Shown here: piece by piece, positions 61,312 to 64,000 of the stretch | Numbering within the stretch: the stretch's first letter is position 1 | How the letters are laid out: the number at the start of each line of letters is the position of its first letter | Source of the DNA: Candidatus Eiseniibacteriota bacterium | Lineage (GTDB): Bacteria > Eisenbacteria > RBG-16-71-46 > CAVPCR01 | Direction of reading: 5' to 3' | Length of the DNA: 64,000 nucleotides | NCBI GenBank assembly: GCA_963823555.1 | Contig: CAWGMA010000001.1 | Location: forward strand, 1,280,001-1,344,000 | Position numbers and translations under genes: made by a program | Notes under the pieces: generated by a model | The model's input: only the letters and a program-made list of their open reading frames with translations | Told to the model about the DNA's origin: nothing | Database searches by the model: none

Positions 61312-62199
61312 CTAGGTGATGCCTCCCCCACCGTCAAGCTGTGGAGCCTGCTCGGGCCGTGCTACGGGCCCCGTTAGCGGGAAACCGGCCTCCGCCAGCG
61401 CCTCGCGCATCGGCCCGAAGCGGAATCGGCTGAGCAGATGCGTGAGCCGCTCCTCGGTCGAGTCGAGGTTCGCGTAATGCGTGAAGCCGCCGAGGTGCCC
61501 GCCCCCGATCCTGGGTTGCCCAGGGTCCACCTCCCAGGGGTGGACGTTGACCACCGCCGGGTGCCCCTGCCGGTTGAGCTGGGCGATCGCGGCGGCCGAG
61601 ATCGCCAGCGGGAACAGGCGCAAGTACCCGCCTGAGGCCGCAGGGATGTTCATGTTGCCCACGCGCCAGGTGGTGAGTGGGAACTCGATGAGCCCGTCGA
61701 TCGCGTAGGGGTGTCGCGGCGCGCTGGGAATCCCGTAACGGGAGCGCCGGATGGGGTAGACGCTGGAATCGTAGAGATAGCCCGCGGCGCGGATGCTGGC
61801 GAACGCCCACAGGTTGCGCTCGGTTATCGAATAGGAAGGTGCCCGGTAGCCGAGGATCGGCTCTCCGGTGAGGTCGGCCAGCAGGTGCCGTGCGGTCGTG
61901 ATGTCACGGGCGAATTCCTCTTGATCCTGTTCATAGACCAGACGGTGCTCGTGGCCATGCGACGCAACCTCATGCCCTCGCGCATGGATCTCTCGGACCA
62001 GTGACGGAAAGCGCTCTGCATTCCAGGTGAGGACGAAGAAGGTGCCCCGGACATGATGATGATCGAGAAGCGCGAGCAGGCGTCGCGTGTTGGCCGTGAT
62101 CCGGCTCTCATAGCGCTCCCAATCGCGCCGGTCGATGCGGTGAGCGAAGTTCTCGACCTGGAAATAGTCCTCGACGTCGACGGTGAAGGCATTCAGCAA
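61312..62199 (-). CDS. Polysaccharide deacetylase (XrtA/PEP-CTERM EPS-associated type, DUF3473)
   Basis: NAFTVDVEDYF, GTFFVL, HEVASHGHEH, GYRAPSYS, YDSS, GGYLRL, HPWEVDP. Confidence 0.9.
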   Translation of the reverse strand: MLNAFTVDVEDYFQVENFAHRIDRRDWERYESRITANTRRLLALLDHHHVRGTFFVLTWNAERFPSLVREIHARGHEVASHGHEHRLVYEQDQEEFARDITTARHLLADLTGEPILGYRAPSYSITERNLWAFASIRAAGYLYDSSVYPIRRSRYGIPSAPRHPYAIDGLIEFPLTTWRVGNMNIPAASGGYLRLFPLAISAAAIAQLNRQGHPAVVNVHPWEVDPGQPRIGGGHLGGFTHYANLDSTEERLTHLLSRFRFGPMREALAEAGFPLTGPVARPEQAPQLDGGGGIT

Positions 62200-62222
62200 C
62201 GCGAATCTCCCCTCGATATCTT

Positions 62223-63446
62223 TCAAGTCGGCGTGGGCAGAGCCCGGTCGCCTCGTAGCTCATCGTAGACCGCTGCCGTGGCCTGCGCCATGGCCCGGCG
62301 AGAGAAGCAGGCGGCAACGAGGGCCTGGCCGGCGGCAGCCAGCTGTCGACGAAGCTCCGGGTCGGAAAGCAGTCGCTCGAGGCCATCGACCATGCCCTCC
62401 ACATCCCTGGGCATGAAGGTGAGGACTGGTGGGGTGCCCCGTTCCTCCCCCGCCCTGATGATGTCTCCGACCCCGCCGACTGGAGTGACGAGTGCGGCGC
62501 GCCCGGCAGCCAGCGCTTCGAGCAGGGCGAGCGGCAGCCCTTCCCGCCACGAAGGCATGCAGAATACATCCAGGAGCTGGTAAAGCGCGGGCGTGTCGGT
62601 GCGGAGTCCCGCAAAGCGGACTCGCTCGGCGATGCCGAGGCGGCGTGCGAGATCGGCGAGCGGAGCCCGCTCACTCCCCTCACCCACCAGGAGCACCTGG
62701 AGCTCGGAATGGCGAGGGAAGAGCCGTGCCACGGCATGAATGAGCGTGTCGAGTCCCTTCTCCTTGCTCAAGCGCCCGATCGACCCAACGATCACCGAGT
62801 CGCTGTCGAGGCCGAGCTCCGCGCGGAGCGATGGCGGTGGCGGACGCTGGTCGGCGAAGCGATGGACATCGATCCCGTTCGAAATGAGCAGTGGGCGGAG
62901 CCCGCGCCGGGCTTCGGCAGCGCGCATCGGCTCCGACACGCAGATCACCCGATCGAAGCGGCGCACCAGACGAGTCTCCAACGACTCGTAGAGACGGAGC
63001 TTCCAATCGGTGCCGACACGGCCGTGGAGAGTGGCGACGCGCGGTGTCGCCGCCACGCGCGCCAGGGCGATCAGGGCATTCGACTTGTAGTCATGACCGT
63101 GCAGGATGACTGCGCCCTCGATGGTGGCGAGCCGCCGGAGATGAGCGGCGGCTCGACTCAGGTCGAAGCGCGAGGCGAGGACGAGCGGCCGCACCGGGAC
63201 CCCGAGCTCGGCTCCCGCGTGGCGCAGCGCCTGACCGCTGCCATCGGATTCGAGAAGGGGAACGAGAACGGCACGATAGCCAGTCGCGCCGAGCTCCGTG
63301 CAAAGATCGAGGACGACACGATCGGCGCCGAAGATCCCGCCGGAGGAACGCAAATGGAAGACCGTGGGCATCCGCGCCGGCACCGGTCCGGGGGTAGCTC
63401 CGGTCATGGCCTGGGGCCGGGGCTCGGAGCAGGGCATGCCCGTCAT
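62223..63446 (-). CDS. GT4 glycosyltransferase
   Basis: HGHDYKS, NGID, GRLSKEKG, EGLPLALLEA. Confidence 0.9.
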   Translation of the reverse strand: MTGMPCSEPRPQAMTGATPGPVPARMPTVFHLRSSGGIFGADRVVLDLCTELGATGYRAVLVPLLESDGSGQALRHAGAELGVPVRPLVLASRFDLSRAAAHLRRLATIEGAVILHGHDYKSNALIALARVAATPRVATLHGRVGTDWKLRLYESLETRLVRRFDRVICVSEPMRAAEARRGLRPLLISNGIDVHRFADQRPPPPSLRAELGLDSDSVIVGSIGRLSKEKGLDTLIHAVARLFPRHSELQVLLVGEGSERAPLADLARRLGIAERVRFAGLRTDTPALYQLLDVFCMPSWREGLPLALLEALAAGRAALVTPVGGVGDIIRAGEERGTPPVLTFMPRDVEGMVDGLERLLSDPELRRQLAAAGQALVAACFSRRAMAQATAAVYDELRGDRALPTPT

Positions 63447-64000
63447 GGGTCCGCTCCGGTCCGTCCTCCCCGGCGACGTCGGGATCGAAGCTCCTCCGAG
63501 TAGAGATCGCTGTAGCGACGAAGCATGACGGCAAGAGCGAACTCCGATCGGGCGCGGGCGCGCGCCGCGGAGCCGAGTCGATGCGCCTCCTCGGGGGAGG
63601 CCAGCAGACGATCCAGCGCAATCGCCAGCGGTTCCGGGTCTCCCGGGGGCACCAGGAGCCCGGTTGGGACTCCCTCCCCGAGGACTTCGGCGTTCCCGCC
63701 GACTGCTGTCGCCACGATCGGCAGGCCGGCGGCCATGGCCTCGATCAAGGCCAGCGACTGACCCTCGGACAACGATGGCAAGGCGTAGATATCGAAGGCG
63801 GCGAGGAGGTCGGGAACGTCATCACGGAAACCGAGCAGATGGAGACGATCGGCGAGGCCAAGCGCGGCCGCCTCCGAGCGCAGGACGGCCTCCTCGTCGC
63901 CGCGCCCGGCAATGACGACATGCACTGGTTGGTCCATGCGGGATGCCGCTTCAAGCAGCGTGCGGTGTCCCTTCACCGGATAGAGATTGCCCACCGCGCC
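63443..64000 (-). CDS. GT4 glycosyltransferase (3' part; start outside the window)
   Basis: GNLYPVKG, GFRDDV, PSLSEGQSLALIEAM. Confidence 0.88.
   Translation of the reverse strand, partial: GAVGNLYPVKGHRTLLEAASRMDQPVHVVIAGRGDEEAVLRSEAAALGLADRLHLLGFRDDVPDLLAAFDIYALPSLSEGQSLALIEAMAAGLPIVATAVGGNAEVLGEGVPTGLLVPPGDPEPLAIALDRLLASPEEAHRLGSAARARARSEFALAVMLRRYSDLYSEELRSRRRRGGRTGADP

Overview
64-kb window of a high-GC diderm bacterium. Several protein families (C25 gingipain-like protease with a FlgD/T9SS-type tail, Big_5 lipoprotein, TWGxIK-tailed secreted proteins) suggest an FCB-related candidate phylum such as Eisenbacteria or Krumholzibacteria; this is inference. The window appears to span the replication terminus: a good dif site lies at 35947-35974, xerD is about 10 kb to its left, and gene orientation converges on the site. 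From left to right: (1) a heavily frameshifted HD-protein / MmgE-PrpD / Lys4-type homoaconitase cluster (1-2565); (2) argF, an Ig-like lipoprotein, dapA, dapB and a peptidase-PD40-Omp85 fusion; (3) a compatible-solute island with gpgS plus a sugar ABC transporter converging on a translationally coupled tetR-DUF5752-treT-otsB-otsA-clc operon that has a triple palindromic operator; (4) rpsT, a thioesterase, xerD, an outer-membrane protein, a Tudor-SNF2 (YqhH-like) plus Zn-finger YqhG-like pair, a TPR protein, GH57, an acyl-CoA dehydrogenase and MarR; (5) dif; (6) two paralogous Cys-rich secreted proteins ending in TWGxIKAxF, a C25 protease, three thioredoxin-fold proteins, leuS, holA and lptE; (7) a WbpB/D/E-like amino-sugar trio, a sigma54 response regulator, an orphan CpaE with a pilin-like ORF, and the end of an EPS cluster with two phosphoglycosyltransferases carrying Arg-rich inserts. 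No rRNA, tRNA, CRISPR array or transposase was recognised.
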